Part shown: piece by piece, positions 48,545-61,476 of the stretch | Position numbering within the stretch: position 1 is the stretch's first letter | Layout: each line of letters begins with the position of its first letter | Assembly: GCF_963921235.1 (NCBI RefSeq) | Contig: NC_086097.1 | Location: 23,810,001-23,874,000 of the forward strand | DNA: 64,000 nucleotides | Source of the DNA: Mobula hypostoma | Lineage: Eukaryota | Reading direction: 5' to 3' | Program-made: the position numbers and the translations under genes | The notes under the pieces: generated by a model | The model's input: only the letters and a program-made list of their open reading frames with translations | Databases searched by the model: none | What the model was told of the DNA's origin: nothing

Positions 48545-50330
48545 TATCAAAGTTCAAAGTAAATTTGAAATCAAGGTATATATCTGTCACCATATACAAC
48601 CCTGAGATTCATTTTCTTGTGGGCATACTCAATAGTCCATCATAATAGAATCAATGAAAGACCACACCAACTACGACCATTCAACTAGAGTGCAAAAGAT
48701 AACAACTTGTGCAAATACAAAAATAATTAAGTAAGTAATATCAAGAACATGAGATGAAGAGTCCATGAAAGTGAGTACATAGGTTGTGGGGACAGTTCTG
48801 TGATGGGGCAAGTGAAGTTATCCCCTCTGGTTCTAGAGCCGAATGGTTGACAGACAATAATTGTTCCTGAAATTGGTGGTGTGAGTCCTAAGGCTCTCGT
48901 ATCTTCTTCCTAATGGCAGCATCAAGAAGAAAGCATGACCTGGGTGGTGGGGGTCGCTGATGATGGATGCTGCTTTCTTGCAACAATGTTCCAAGTAGAC
49001 GTGCTCAATGGTGGGGAGAGCTTTACCCATGATGGACTGGGTCATATCCACTACTTTGTGGAGGATTTTTCACCAGTATTAGTGTTTCCATATAAGGTTG
49101 TGTTGCAGACAGTCAATATATTTTTCACCACACATCTATTGAAGTTTATCAAAGTTTTAGATATCATGCTGAATCCTCACAAACTCTGAAGGACGTAAAA
49201 GTGTTGCTGTGTTTTCTTTATAATTTCCCTTACATGTTGGGCCCAGAACAGGTCCCCTCAAAGGATAACACCAAGGAATTTAAAGGTACTGACCCTCTCC
49301 ACCTCTGATCCTCCATGAGGCCTGGCTCATGGGCCTCCGGTTTCCTCCTCCTGAAGTGAATAATCAGCTCCTTGGTCTTGCTGACATTGAGTAAAAGATT
49401 GTTGTTATGGCAACACTCAGCCAGATTTTCAATTTCCCTCCTATATGCTAACCTGTCACCACCTTTGACCTACGTCAGTGGTATCATCAGCAAATTTGAA
49501 TACGGCATTGGAGCTGTGCTTAGCCACACAATCACAAGCATAAAGTGAGTAGAGCAGGGAGCTAAGCACACAGCCTTGTGGTGCACCTGTGCTGATAGAG
49601 ATTGTGGAAGAGATGTTGTTGCCAATCCGAATTGACTAGAGTCTACAAGTGAGGAAATCAAGGATCCAATTGCACCTGAAGGTATTAAGCTGAGGTCTTG
49701 AAGCATATTGCTTAATTTTGAGGGGATGATGGCATTGAATGTTGAGCTGTGGTCAATAAAGAGCATCCTGATGTATGTATCTTTGCTGTTCAGGGTTGCC
49801 AATGAGATGGCATCTGCTGTTAACCTGTTGTGATGGTAGGCAAATTGGAGTGGATCCAAGTCTTTCCTCAGGGAGGAGTTGATACGTTTAATCACCAACC
49901 TCTCAAAGCACTTCATCACTGTGGATGTAAGTGATACTGGATGATAGTCACTGAAGCAGGTTACCACGTCCTTCTTACGCACCAGTTTAATTCAAGCCTG
50001 CTTGAAGGAGGTGGGTATCTTAGACTGCCGAAGCGAGAAGTTAAAGATCTCAGCAAATACTCCAACCAGTTGATCATAAAAGATCTTTTTTAACTTGGCC
50101 AGGATACCTCCTCTGGGCTGGGTGATTTTCAAGTGTTCACTCTCCTGAAGGCTGCTTGCACATTGGACTCAGAGTCTAAAATCACAGGATCATCGAGGGC
50201 TGCAGGAGTTCGTGATGACTCCTCCATGTTTTGATGGTGGAAGCAAGCATAAAAAGTCACTAAGCTCAGCCTGTTGTCACCTATCTTGCTAAATTTTACT
50301 GTGTAAGAGGTGATAGCTTTCAAGCCCTGC
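48545..50330 (-). mobile_element. Rex1/Babar-like LINE, about 1.8-kb decayed RT to 3' end
   Basis: LWQGLKAITSY, TCFSDYHPVSLTSTVMKCFERLV...LDPLQFAY...YIRMLFID.SS.FN.I.P, KAASII.DPHHPGHA.F..LP.GRRY. Confidence 0.92.
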
Positions 50331-50759
50331 CACAAGTCAAGCTTCCTTTGTGGATTCAGGGATAATAAATCTGATTCTGATTCTGAACTCCTTATTCCAA
50401 CTCTTGGTACATATCCCAAATAGCTGCTGGTGCTCTCTGAAAGTAACGTAATGAGGTGTTCTGTCTCAACAACTTTTTCAGGCAATCAGCTCCAGTTCAC
50501 TGCCGCTTAATGCGTATGTCTCCAAGATATTGACCTCCCCACTAATGTAAATTGAGTCCTTTCTATTTCCCTTAATGTAGGTCCCTTGTAATGTTATGCA
50601 CCTCAATTAAATCACTTCTCAATCGCTTCAGTTTTAACTAAAGGAGTCCTTAACCATGCCCACATTTTAAGTTGTTCAGCAGAATGGAACCCATGTGTGG
50701 TTGAATTCTTTACTGAGCATGTTTTTTACTCTGAAAACTGCCAAGAGCCCCTTCCAAAC

Positions 50760-51900
50760 CTATAATGTATCAAATGTTGAAAGGCCTAGATGGAATGGTC
50801 ATGGAGAGGATATGTCCAATGTATGGCCATTGCTGGAGCGGATTGGGGGCAATTTAATGTGGCAGAACTGAGGCAGAGGGCAGGACCGAGAGTGAGGAAA
50901 GACATGAGGTTTGATCGGTTTTGGAAATTTGGATTTTGGATCAATTGGAAAGGTCAGGTATGGGATGAATTGAGGCAGCAGGGCTCAGGACCAAGAACAA
51001 GGAGGATTAGATGATTTAAGCACCAGAAAAGATTGAAAAGATCAGGGTATCAGGGCCAGAGGTGAGAAATGTTTTGTCTCAGCACGCTGCTCCATAAGAT
51101 TTACTTAGCTTTGCACTGAAATTCAGCTCACTGCTCTGCGTGGTTTTTTGTATCTGCACTGAACTGAGGCTGTGGCCTGTAGCTAACAGGCTTCTGAATC
51201 AGATGTATCAATGCCTTACTTTTGTGAAACTTTATTACTGAATGCAATTTGCTTGCTTTTATTGTTTACATGATTTGTTTTTCTCTCTGCAGATCGGGTG
51301 TTTGATAGTTTTTTGTTATGATGGTTTCTTTTGGGTTTATTTGCTTTGTGGCTGCTTGTAAGGAGATGAATTTGAAGGTTGTATACATACCTTGTTAATT
51401 ATGTCTACAGTCTTAGTGTTCGGGCAACATCCTCCCACATTTCCCTTCCTTATTGCTTGTACATAACAATGGAGACGCTACAAAAAGATTTTTACTCCCT
51501 CTTGTTGTGAGATGGATATAAGAAATAACATTTTAATTCTAATTCTATTAAATGTACTTTGTACTTCGACCTACAGTTGGGGGAGTCCAGGACCAGAGCA
51601 CACAGCCTCAGAATAGAAGGACATCTCTTTAGAACAGAGATAAGGAGGAAGTTTTTTAGCTAGATGGTGGTGAATCTGTGGAATTCACTGACACAGAGGG
51701 CAGTGGAGGTCTCGCTATTGGGTATATTTAAAGTGGAGGTTGATAGGTTCCTGATCAGTAAGGGTATCAAAGGTTATTGGGAGAAAGCAGGTGAATGGAG
51801 TTGAGAGGGATGATAAATCAGCCATGATGGAATGTTGGAGCAGACTCGAAGGGCTGAATAGCCTAATTCTATTTCTATGTCTTCTGGTCTTATTGTCTTA
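50760..51900 (+). mobile_element. CR1 3' fragment split by a non-autonomous Rex-tailed element (about 50821-51573) that holds a further LINE tail (about 51410-51547)
   Basis: CR1 text ...ggagaggatatgtccaatg stops near 50821 and resumes as gggagtccaggaccagagcacacagcctcagaatag near 51580. Confidence 0.65.
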
Positions 51901-52349
51901 TGATCTGTGCCACCAAGAAGTACAAAGATTCCCATCTAGGTCTCACATCCTCCTGACTTGGTAGTATATCACAATTCCACATTGTTGCTGGGTCTGTATA
52001 CTAGAAGTCCCTCGCTGGCAGCACTGAGCAAGCACGGGAGATCAGTGGTTCAAGATGCGGGCTCACCAATACCTAGTCAAAGGTAATCAGGGATGGGCAG
52101 TAAACCCCAGCTTTGCCAGCCATGCCCACGTCTCATGAGTGAATGAAACATCATTACTCCTGGGGTGCACAAGGAGATAATTGTTTGTATCTGAGGGCAA
52201 CTTCAGGAGAAAGTTCCAGTGTCTGTAAAACATTTTTACTATCATTTTCTTTATACACCTGCAGAGTCTTCAATTGCCATCAGATTTTTGAATGGTCCTT
52301 GCACCCATGAACACTACATAATTTTTCACTTTTTTCCATAATTTCTTGC

Positions 52350-52900
52350 TGGAATCATAGAGCAGTACAGGACAGAAACAGGCCATTCAACCTGTCTAGT
52401 CCATGCTGACCTTTTTTCTGCCTAGTCCCATCTACCAACTCCAGCTGTCATTGAGTTTAAAGCTCAAAACATCTCCCCCACATTTTGAAGTCACCTATCT
52501 CGGAGCATAATATAGAGTCATAAAGCGCAGAGAGTCTCCAGGTATAATATAGAGTCACAGAGCACTACCACACATAAGCAAACTATTCAGCCCATCTAGA
52601 ACATGCTGACATCTTTTCTGCCTCGTCCCATCTTCCCAGGGCACAGCCCTCCACACCCCCCTCATCCATGTGCTTATCCAAACTTCTGTTAAGTGTTCCA
52701 CACTTGCACCAGCTTCTGAGTGAAGAACTCCCCCTCAGTTTCCTCTTACATATTTCACCTTTCACCATAAACCTATGACCTTTCAACTCACCCAACCTCA
52801 GTGGAAAACATCTGCTTGGATTTACCCTTTCTGTACCCTCATAATTTTGTATACCTCTATCAAATCTCATCTCAGTCTCCTACACTCCAGAGAATAAAGT
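52350..52900 (-). mobile_element. CR1-like 3' fragments
   Basis: ERVNPSRCFPLRLGE.KGHRFMVKGE (ORF 52583..52870). Confidence 0.75.
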
Positions 52901-54027
52901 CCTTATTTTGTAAATTATAGTAATTTTATGTCTTGAACTGTACTGCTGCTGCAAGAACATCAAATTTGACCTCAGATATGACAGCAATAATAGACTTGAT
53001 TCTGATTCTGTCACTTTGGTTATATAAAAAGAAAGACGAGATAAGCCCATTTGATCAGGCAATATGAGTCAAGGCAGATGATTGTGCTTGAAATCTCTCA
53101 GAGAGTGTCCAACACTTTGGTTCAACCTATTCAGCTTTTGATCACTCACAAGAAAGTCAGGCAGTTCTGGTTAGTCAAGGCTGAGTTATCTGGCCTAGAA
53201 CAGACAAAGAGGTAGCAAATCAAAAAGCTGTTGATAGACGACTTTTGATCTTAGTGTTTTCAAGTACTCTGCCTGGGACTGTTCCACCACCTGAGCTCTA
53301 GAGATGTTATCATTCATATGCATTATGGTAATTCAATTTATCGATCGTTGCCAGAAGGAAATGTTGTGCAAGTGAATGGCAACGAGCCATCCAATTTTGA
53401 TTTTATTCTTTGACGCATATAACTCAATGCCTAGGACACGGACAACTTGTCAAGCTGCTATAATGGCTCATTGTAAATCCAATTGAAACAAATGCTATTG
53501 ATCCACTGAAGAGTATTCTTTTAATTTGTACAAAGGAGAGTTCAGAGAAACCATTTGACACTGAATTACATGCCAGTGGGGAAAAAAATTACTTTTACGG
53601 CTGTTGGTAATAAATTATATGGTCTTAATTAAAAGTCACTGGCATAAAAAGTGGCCTGGCTGGCAAAATTTACTTTGCTAATTTTCCTGCCCTTTTTACA
53701 AGGTGCTGACTCTTGTCCTCTGCTCTTCCACAGGTTGTCATTTGTGATTTGTGTTTCTATCTATAAGGGTAGAAACTCAAGATTCAAGATTTAAAATTGT
53801 TTCTTGTCATTGTTCAGTACAGAAGTGTAAAGGAGAATAAGTCTTAGTCATAGAACACTACAGCATATTCGGTCCATCTAGTCCATGCCGAGCTATGACT
53901 AAAATAATTATTACTTTGGATCCAATGGAGCATACAAAACACATGCTAAATATAAATATAAACATACAATCTATATAACACAAAATGCAGGTAACTGTTG
54001 AGTGTGGCTGGCTATACATAAGATTAG

Positions 54028-54410
54028 CTTAGTGGCCTTAGGATACCTTGAGAACCAAATAACGTAGTCACTGAGTGTATGTTTGCTGTAGCCCATCCAC
54101 TTCAATGCCTGACGTGTTGTGAGTTCAGAGATGCTCTTCTGCATAGCACTGCTGTAACATGTGGTTGAGTTGCTGTCACCTTCCTGTCAGCTTGAACCAG
54201 TCTGGCCATTCTCCGCTGACCTCTCTCATTAACAAGGCATTTTCACCCACAGAACTGGCACTCACTAGATGTTTCTTGTTTTTCACACCATTCTCTCTAA
54301 ACTCTTGAGACTATTGTGCATGAAAACGTAGGAGATCAGCAGTTTCTGAGATACTCAAATTGCACTGTATGGCACCAATAATCATTCCATGGTCAAACTC
54401 ACTTTGCTCA
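54028..54410 (-). mobile_element. Tc1-like derivative, third copy
   Basis: Colinear with 24200-24590; decayed terminal hairpin at 54028-54079. Confidence 0.85.
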
Positions 54411-54679
54411 CATAGAGTATCGAATATCCAAACAGGTTTGAAGAGATGAATGGCTTATCCCTACTGTTATTTCTCAACTGCTGTTGAAAGCAAGTCGATA
54501 CATTCATAATGGCTATTTTTAAGTGACGCCAAATCAGTAGCAGTGTGTCCAAAACAGTTATCTAGGGCTTCGTACATAAATATTGGCTCTGATTCCTAAT
54601 CAAAGGGCCTGTGGTTCAGTAGAACTCGGCAGAGTGTTCCATATCTGTACTGTCACATAAAACTTATAATTATTTTCAA

Positions 54680-55290
54680 AATCAAAGTAAAATTCATTGC
54701 GATATACTAGTTTGAAGTTCATTTTGTTGCAGGCATTTACAGGAAAAAGAATTTACAAAAAAACTATACATACACAAAAATTGATAACAAACCAATGTGC
54801 AAAGAAGTCAAATTATGCAAATGAAAAAATATAACACTGAGAACTTGAGTTGTAAAGAGTCCTTGAAAGTGAGACTGCAGGCCATAGAATCAGTTCAGAG
54901 TTGAGGTAAGTGAAGTTATTCATGCGGGTCAGGAGCCTGGCGGTTGAAGGGTAATAACTGTTCCTGATCCTGGTGATGGTTCTGGACCAGAAATTTCACA
55001 ACATATGTCAGCGATAATAAACCTCAGAATCAGAATTGGAATCAAGTTTAACATCACTGGCATTTGTTGTAAAATTTGTTGTTTTGTAATGCATACATAA
55101 AAAACTATAAATTACAATACAAAAATATGTGTATATGTATATATTTAAATGAGTAGTTCAAAAAGGGACCAAAACAAAATAGTGAGATAATGTTCATGGA
55201 CCATTCAGAAATCTGATGGCAGAGGGGAAGAAACTGTTTCTAAAACATTGAGTATGTGTCTTCAGAATCCTGTATCACCTCCCAGATGGT
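54680..55290 (-). mobile_element. Stacked Rex1-like 3' tails
   Basis: gagtccttgaaagtgag...gggtaataactgttcctga and ccattcagaaatctgatggcagaggggaagaa (antisense of SFFPSAIRFLN). Confidence 0.7.
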
Positions 55291-56119
55291 CATAATGAGA
55301 ACAGGAGCAGTGGAGTTATTTGGCCTTCAAAGTTCTCATATTTTATCCCCACAGTTTATGGAGGATTGCTCTTCAGTTTTCTTCTCCTCTTTCCTTTTTA
55401 GCAACGGCCAAGCTTCAATTGTCCTTCACTTGCGATGATAAGTTATCCTGGGCATGTGAAAGACTCTACAGAAACACGAGTCTTTCATTCATTTGTTTCC
55501 TTTGTCATGAAAGATCAATGCAAAGTATATTTATTTTTCAATGGTTAGTGATGCAGAAAAGAGAAATTACAGCCCTTGGATTGATTGGGAGCTGAAGAAA
55601 GTAACCTTGTTTCATTCACTAACTGGGCAGAGACTTATCATTGTTGGCTGGAGTGAACCATCAAGTACTAAGCATACTTAACAGAGAATGAACATCTGCC
55701 GCACAGCTTTTGCACTAATAGCTACCAATGGCATGAAAGAGATTTAAAAAAAGAGAGATTAGCTTTATGTACATCAAAACATCAAAGCATGCAATGAAAT
55801 GCATCATTTGTGTCGACGAACAACACGGTCCAGGGATGTACCAGGTGTTACCAAGCTTCCAGCACCAACGTAACATGCCCATAATGTACTTAACTCTAAT
55901 ATGTATGTCTTTGGAATGTGGGAGGAAAATGGGAACACCAGGGCCACCCACGCAGTCACGGCAAGAGCGTTCAAATTTCTAATAGACAGCAGTGAGAGTT
56001 GCTAGCACTGTGACACATCACACTAAATGCTAATCTACTGTGCCGCACCCCATGAATGCATTAGAAAAGAAATCTAATATTCACTCTGCTACCATCAAAA
56101 TGTAAAACCATCAAATCAA

Positions 56120-56860
56120 AAGGCGGCACTTATGGAGGGAAATTGACAGACCCTTCATCAGGACTGGAAACGAAAGAAGCAGAAGCCAGAATTGGACGTT
56201 GAGGGTGGAATCAGGGGAAGCACAAGGTGGCAGGTAAGAGATGAGAGGGAGAAGATGGGTGGGGGAGGGGGGAGTGAATTAAGGAGCTGGGAGGTTGTAG
56301 GTGGAAAAGGTAAAGAACTGAAGCAGAAGGCATCCGATAGGAGAGGACAATGGACTGTGGAGAAAGGGAACAAGGTGATAGGCAGATCATGCAGGGGCGG
56401 GGGGAGAGGGCCACCAGAATGGGTGAAAACACAAAGGTAGGGAGACAGAAAATAGAAGGGAGTGGTTTCTGAAATTTAGAGATATTGATGTTCATGCCAT
56501 TAGGATTTTATAGCATGTTGCACCAGAGAGTCAGCCATTCTTGTCTGGCACGTAGTGTCAGGTTTGGTCTCCTTTTTCAGATTAACCGGGTCACGATATG
56601 AACGTTCCTGACTCAGCCCTTGTTTTTTACGAGGCCGAGTGGCTAGCTCGACGCTCAACCCGGCATGGATGGAAAGCGTGCTCGGGGGGTGACCCGACTT
56701 GGATTCGAACTTGAGAGCCTTCGCTCCAGAGTCCAGCGCTGATGCCGTTGCGCCACCAGCCAGCCATGCCATTAAATTAGAGAATATCTAACCTATTATC
56801 ACTTATTGAGCTTAGTTCCTCCGGCGTTTAGTGTGTGTTGCTCAAGCATCTGAGAATCTC
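56120..56860 (-). mobile_element. PLE 3' fragment interrupted by a SINE
   Basis: acccttcatcaggactgg and the purine-rich terminus, ending gatattgatgttcatgcc as at 11200-11217. Confidence 0.7.
56503..56764 (-). mobile_element. Young tRNA-derived SINE with 10-bp TSD
   Basis: Minus-strand A-box tggcgcaacgg and B-box gttcgaatcc; catgccatta at 56493-56502 and 56765-56774; many CpGs intact. Confidence 0.9.
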
Positions 56861-57714
56861 TTATGGTTATGAAGTCCTGTGCTCCACGCCAACAGAAAGA
56901 TGGCCCACACAATATACCTGTGGAATGTATGCATGTATTTCTCCACCCCATCCCTTGCCACCTCTCAGGACAATAACATTTTATATTGCAGAATTCCATG
57001 CAAACATTCAATAAAAACTTGAATACGTTTGTTCCAGCAACAAAAACAGCAAAACAAACTCCTTTCCTCCCCTCCCTCCCCCGCATATCAGCAAGGATTG
57101 CGCTGGGCAGTTCACCATGCTTCCAGCGCCTACATAGCATGCCCACAACTCGTTAATGTCTTTGGAACATGAGAGAAAACTGGAGCTGCTCGAGGAAACC
57201 CATGTGCTTGGGAGGCAACATACAAACTCCTTATAGACAGTGGCAGGGACTGTACCCCGATCTTACGGCTGGCACTGCAAAGAGTTGCACCAACCACGAT
57301 GCTACTGTGCCAACCCTATTCCTGAAACTCATTGATAGACTTGTTGAGAGAGTCATGAGAAAGAGCATGCACAGCCACTGGGAGGCAGGAAGAGAAAGGA
57401 GATAGTTCAATCAGGGAGAAATGAAAAGAAAGGGTCACATTGATAAGGTGAGATGAAGTGGGGAGTGATGAGGCAGTGGTGCAGCAAGTAGCTGTTCTAC
57501 AGATCCACTGACTCAGGTACAATAGTGACCTTGGGTGCTGTCCGTGTGGAGACTTGACTTTATCTCTGCGGCCATTGTGGGTTTCCTCTAGATGCTCCCA
57601 TTTCCTCCCACATCCCAAAGGCACGCTAGCAGGTAGGCAAGTTGGTTGTTATAAATTGCCTGGTGTAAGTCATTGTAGGGGATGTTAATCGGGGTGTGTC
57701 AGAAGGTGAAGAGC

Positions 57715-59140
57715 ATTCTGACTGGGTTGCATCATCACCTTATCCCAAGGCTCCAAAGCGCAGGATTGGAAAAAGCTGCAGAGAGTTGTAAACTCAAGTC
57801 GGCTCCATCATGGACATGAACCTCCCTACATCGAGGATGTCCCCAAAACAAGCCTTCTTCTCATTATTACCATCAGGGAGGAGATATGGGATCCGTACTT
57901 GTGTGTTGACGAAACCACTGTTGTTGGCTGAATCAAAGCTGGTGACAAATCAGCATATAAGAGGGAGATTGAAAATCTGGCTGAGTGGTGCCACAACAAC
58001 AGCATCTTACTCAATGTCAGATCAAGGAGATGATTACTGACTTCAGGAGGAGGTGCATGAACCAGTTCATTATCGGGGGATCAGAAGTGGAGAGGGTCAG
58101 CGACTTTAAATTCCTCAATGTTATCATTTCAGAGGGCCTGTCCTGGGTCCAGCAAGCAAGTGCAATTACAAAGAAATCATGGTGGCGCCTGTACTTCCTT
58201 AAAAATTTGTGAAGATTCAGCGTGACACCTAAAACGTGGACAAATTTCTATAGATGTGTGATGGAGACAATAGTAAGTTGCAGGATCACAGCCTGGTATA
58301 GAAACACCAATGCCCTTGAACAGAAAACCCTACAAAGAGTATGAAGTACAAAGTTAAATTCTGTTATCAAAGTACATATATGTCACGACTTACAGCCCAG
58401 AGATTCATTTTCTTCTGGGCATACTCAATAAATCCATAGAATAGTAACTATAACAGAATCAATGAACAACTGCCAAACTAGAGTGTTCAACCAGTGTGCA
58501 AAACACACCAAACTGTGCAAATACAAAAAGCAGAAGCAATAAATATCAAGAACATGAGATGAAGAGGCCTTGAATATGAGTCTATTGGTTGTGGGAACAT
58601 TAGTGGATACGGCCCAGTCCATCACAGATAAAGCCCCCCTCAACACTGGGCACATCTACATGGAGCATTGTAGCAGGCAAGTTGCATCCAGCAACAGGCA
58701 CCTCCATCAGCCATGTCATTGATTGTTCTTGCTGCTGCCATCAGGAAGAAGGTACAGGAGACTCAGGGCTCACCACCAGGATCAGGGAGCATCATTGCCC
58801 CTCAACCATCAGGCTCTTGAAACAGAGGTGATAACGTCGCTCAACTCCACTTGCCTCATCACTGAACTGTTCCCCACAACCTATGGACTCACTTTCAAGG
58901 ACTCTTCTTCTCATGTTCCTAGTACTTACTGCTTATCTATTTATTATTATTAATTCTTTCTTTTTGCGTTTGCACAGTTCACTGTCTTTTGCACACTGGT
59001 TGTCTGCCCTGTTGGGTGAGGTATTCATTGATTCTATTGTGGTTGTTGGATTTACCGAGTATGCCTGCAAGAAAATGAATCTCAGAGTTGTATATAGAGA
59101 TATATGTGCTTTGACAATAAATTTACTTATAACTTTGAAC
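57715..59140 (+). mobile_element. Rex1-like LINE mosaic with an inverted Rex tail nested at about 58345-58600
   Basis: KEMITDFRR...GSEVERVSDFKFL.VIISE.LSW...RLYFL; LLLPSGRRYRRL; text resumes agtggatacggccc after the insert. Confidence 0.82.
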
Positions 59141-59289
59141 TGAGAACACACGCACAATATTTTAGGAACAGCTTCTTCCTCTCCACCATCAGATTTCCAA
59201 ACCCATGAATACTACCTCACGATATTGCTCTCATTTTGCACTACCTATTTATTTTTTCATATATTTGTATTTCATATATAATATATATG

Positions 59290-60287
59290 TTTGTCATGTA
59301 TATTAATATATATTAATGATCTGGATGATGGGATGGTAAATTGGATTAGTAAGTATGCAGATGATACTCAGAAAGGTGGTGTTGTGGATGATGAAGTAGG
59401 TTTTCAAAGCTTGCAGAGAGATTTAGGCCAGTTAGAAGAGTGGGCTGAAAGATAGCAGATGGAGTTTAATGCTGAAAAATGTGATGTGCTACATTTTGGT
59501 AGGACTAATCAAAATAGGACATACATGGTAAATGGTAGGGCATTGAAGAATGCAGTAGAACAGAGGGATCTAGGAATAATGGTGCATAATTCCCTGAAGG
59601 TGGAATCTCATGCGGATAGGGTGGTGAAGAAAGCTTTTGGTATGCTGGGCTTTATTAATCAGAGCATTGAGTATAGGAGTTGGGATGTAATGTTGAAATT
59701 GTATAAGGCATTGGTAAGGCCAAATTTGGAGTATTGTGTACAGTTCTGGTCACTGAATTATAGGAAAGATGTCAATAAAATTGAGAGAGTACAGAGGAGA
59801 TTTACTAAAATGTTGCCTGGGTTTCATCTCCTAAGTTACAGAGAAAGGTTGAACAAGTTAGGTCTTTATTCTTTGGAGCATAGAAGATTGAGGGGGGACT
59901 TGATAGAGGTGTTTAAAATTATGAGGGGGATTGATAGAGTTGACATGGATAGGCTTTTTCCATTGAGAGTGGGGGAGATTCAAACAAGAGAATATGAGTT
60001 GAGAGTTAAAGGGCAAAAGTTTAGGGGTAACATGCGGGGGAATTTCTTTACTTAGAGAGTGGTAGCTGTGTGGAATGAGCTTCCAGTAGAAGTGGTTGAG
60101 GCAGGTTCGATGTTGTCATTTAAAGTTAAATTGGACAGCGATATGGACAGGAAAGGAATGGAGGGTTATGGGCTGAGTGCAGGTCAGTGGGACTAGGTGA
60201 GGGTAAGAGTTCGGCACGGACTAGAAGGGCCGAGATGGCCTGTTTCCGTGCTGTAATTGTTATATGGTTATATGTTCTATGGTTATA
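59290..60287 (+). mobile_element. CR1/HER1-like LINE, RT C-terminus to 3' end
   Basis: YINDLD...SKYADDT upstream of ORF 59459..60055 (MEFNAEKC.VLHFG...LVRPNLEYCVQFW...RGDLIEVFKIM); (TTATATGG)n tail. Confidence 0.95.
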
Positions 60288-60689
60288 TTTATTTTTAATT
60301 ATAGCAACTTTTTATGCATCTCACAGTGCTGCTGCAAAAAATAACAGATTTCATGACATACATCAGTGATAATAAACATGATTCTGATTCTTATTCTGAA
60401 TAGGTACAGGAAAATGGGAGAATGGGATTGAAGAGACTGTTCTGAGAGCCAACATAAATTCAAAGGGGTGAAAGCGCTCCTACAAAGTCTTGAGAAGATG
60501 AACTAATACTCCCCCTTGTGAGGTCATGCTGCACAGTTTATGTCTGTGCTCTGAAAACTTGTTAATTTGTAATCAGCTCTGCAGATAGGTCCCAAAAGTG
60601 CCCTAAAACATAACTTCTTCTTGATCTTCAATCGTGCTGATTACGGAACAGAAAGCATTACAGCACGGTACAGGCCCTTTGGCCCATAA

Positions 60690-61410
60690 TAGATAGATAT
60701 AGATAGATAGATAGACATACTTTATTGATCCTGAGGGAATTTGTGTTTCGTTACAGCATTACCAACCAAGAACAGAGTACAAACATAGCAATACAAAACC
60801 ACAAACAATCAAATAATAATATGTAAACTATGCCAGAGGGTAATAAGTCCAGGACCAGCCCATTGGCCCAGGGTGTCCGACCCTCCAAGGGAAGAGCTGC
60901 AAAGTTGATGGCCACAGGCAGGAATGACTTCCTATGATACTCAGTGCTGCATCCTGGTGGAATAGTCATTGTCATAGTCATACTTTATTGATCCCAGGGG
61001 AAATTGGTTTTCATTACAGTTGCACCATAAATATTAAATAGTAATAGAACCATAAATAGTTAAATTGTAATATGTAAATTATGCCAGTAAATTACAAAAT
61101 AAATCCAGGACCAGCCTATTGACTCAGGGTGTCTGACCCTCCAAGGGAGGAGTTGTAAAGTTTGATGGCCACAGGCAGGAATGACTTCCTATGACGCTCT
61201 GCGTTGCATCGCGGTGGAATGAGTCTCTGGCTGAATGTACTCCTGTGCCCACCCAGTACATTATGTAGTGGATGGGAGACATTGTCCAAGATGGCATGCA
61301 ACTTAGAAAGCATCCTCTTTTCAGACACCACCGTCAGAGAGTCCAGTTCCATCCCCACAACATCACTGGCCTTATGAATGAGTCTCTGGCTGAATTTACT
61401 CCTGTGCCCA
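60690..61410 (-). mobile_element. Two tandem Rex1-like 3' ends with (TATC)n and (ATGACT)n tails
   Basis: ORF 61116..61466 is nearly identical to 13726..13968; second copy at 60690-60963. Confidence 0.9.
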
Positions 61411-61476
61411 ACGGTGTAAATGATGTTACACGCCGACGTAGGGTTGGCAGAGGGAGGGATGTACACAACAACCCTT

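Noticed and set aside
55375..55540. Strong acceptor-like tract ttttcttctcctctttcctttttag
   Set aside because: Downstream frames give no recognisable peptide and no convincing donor.
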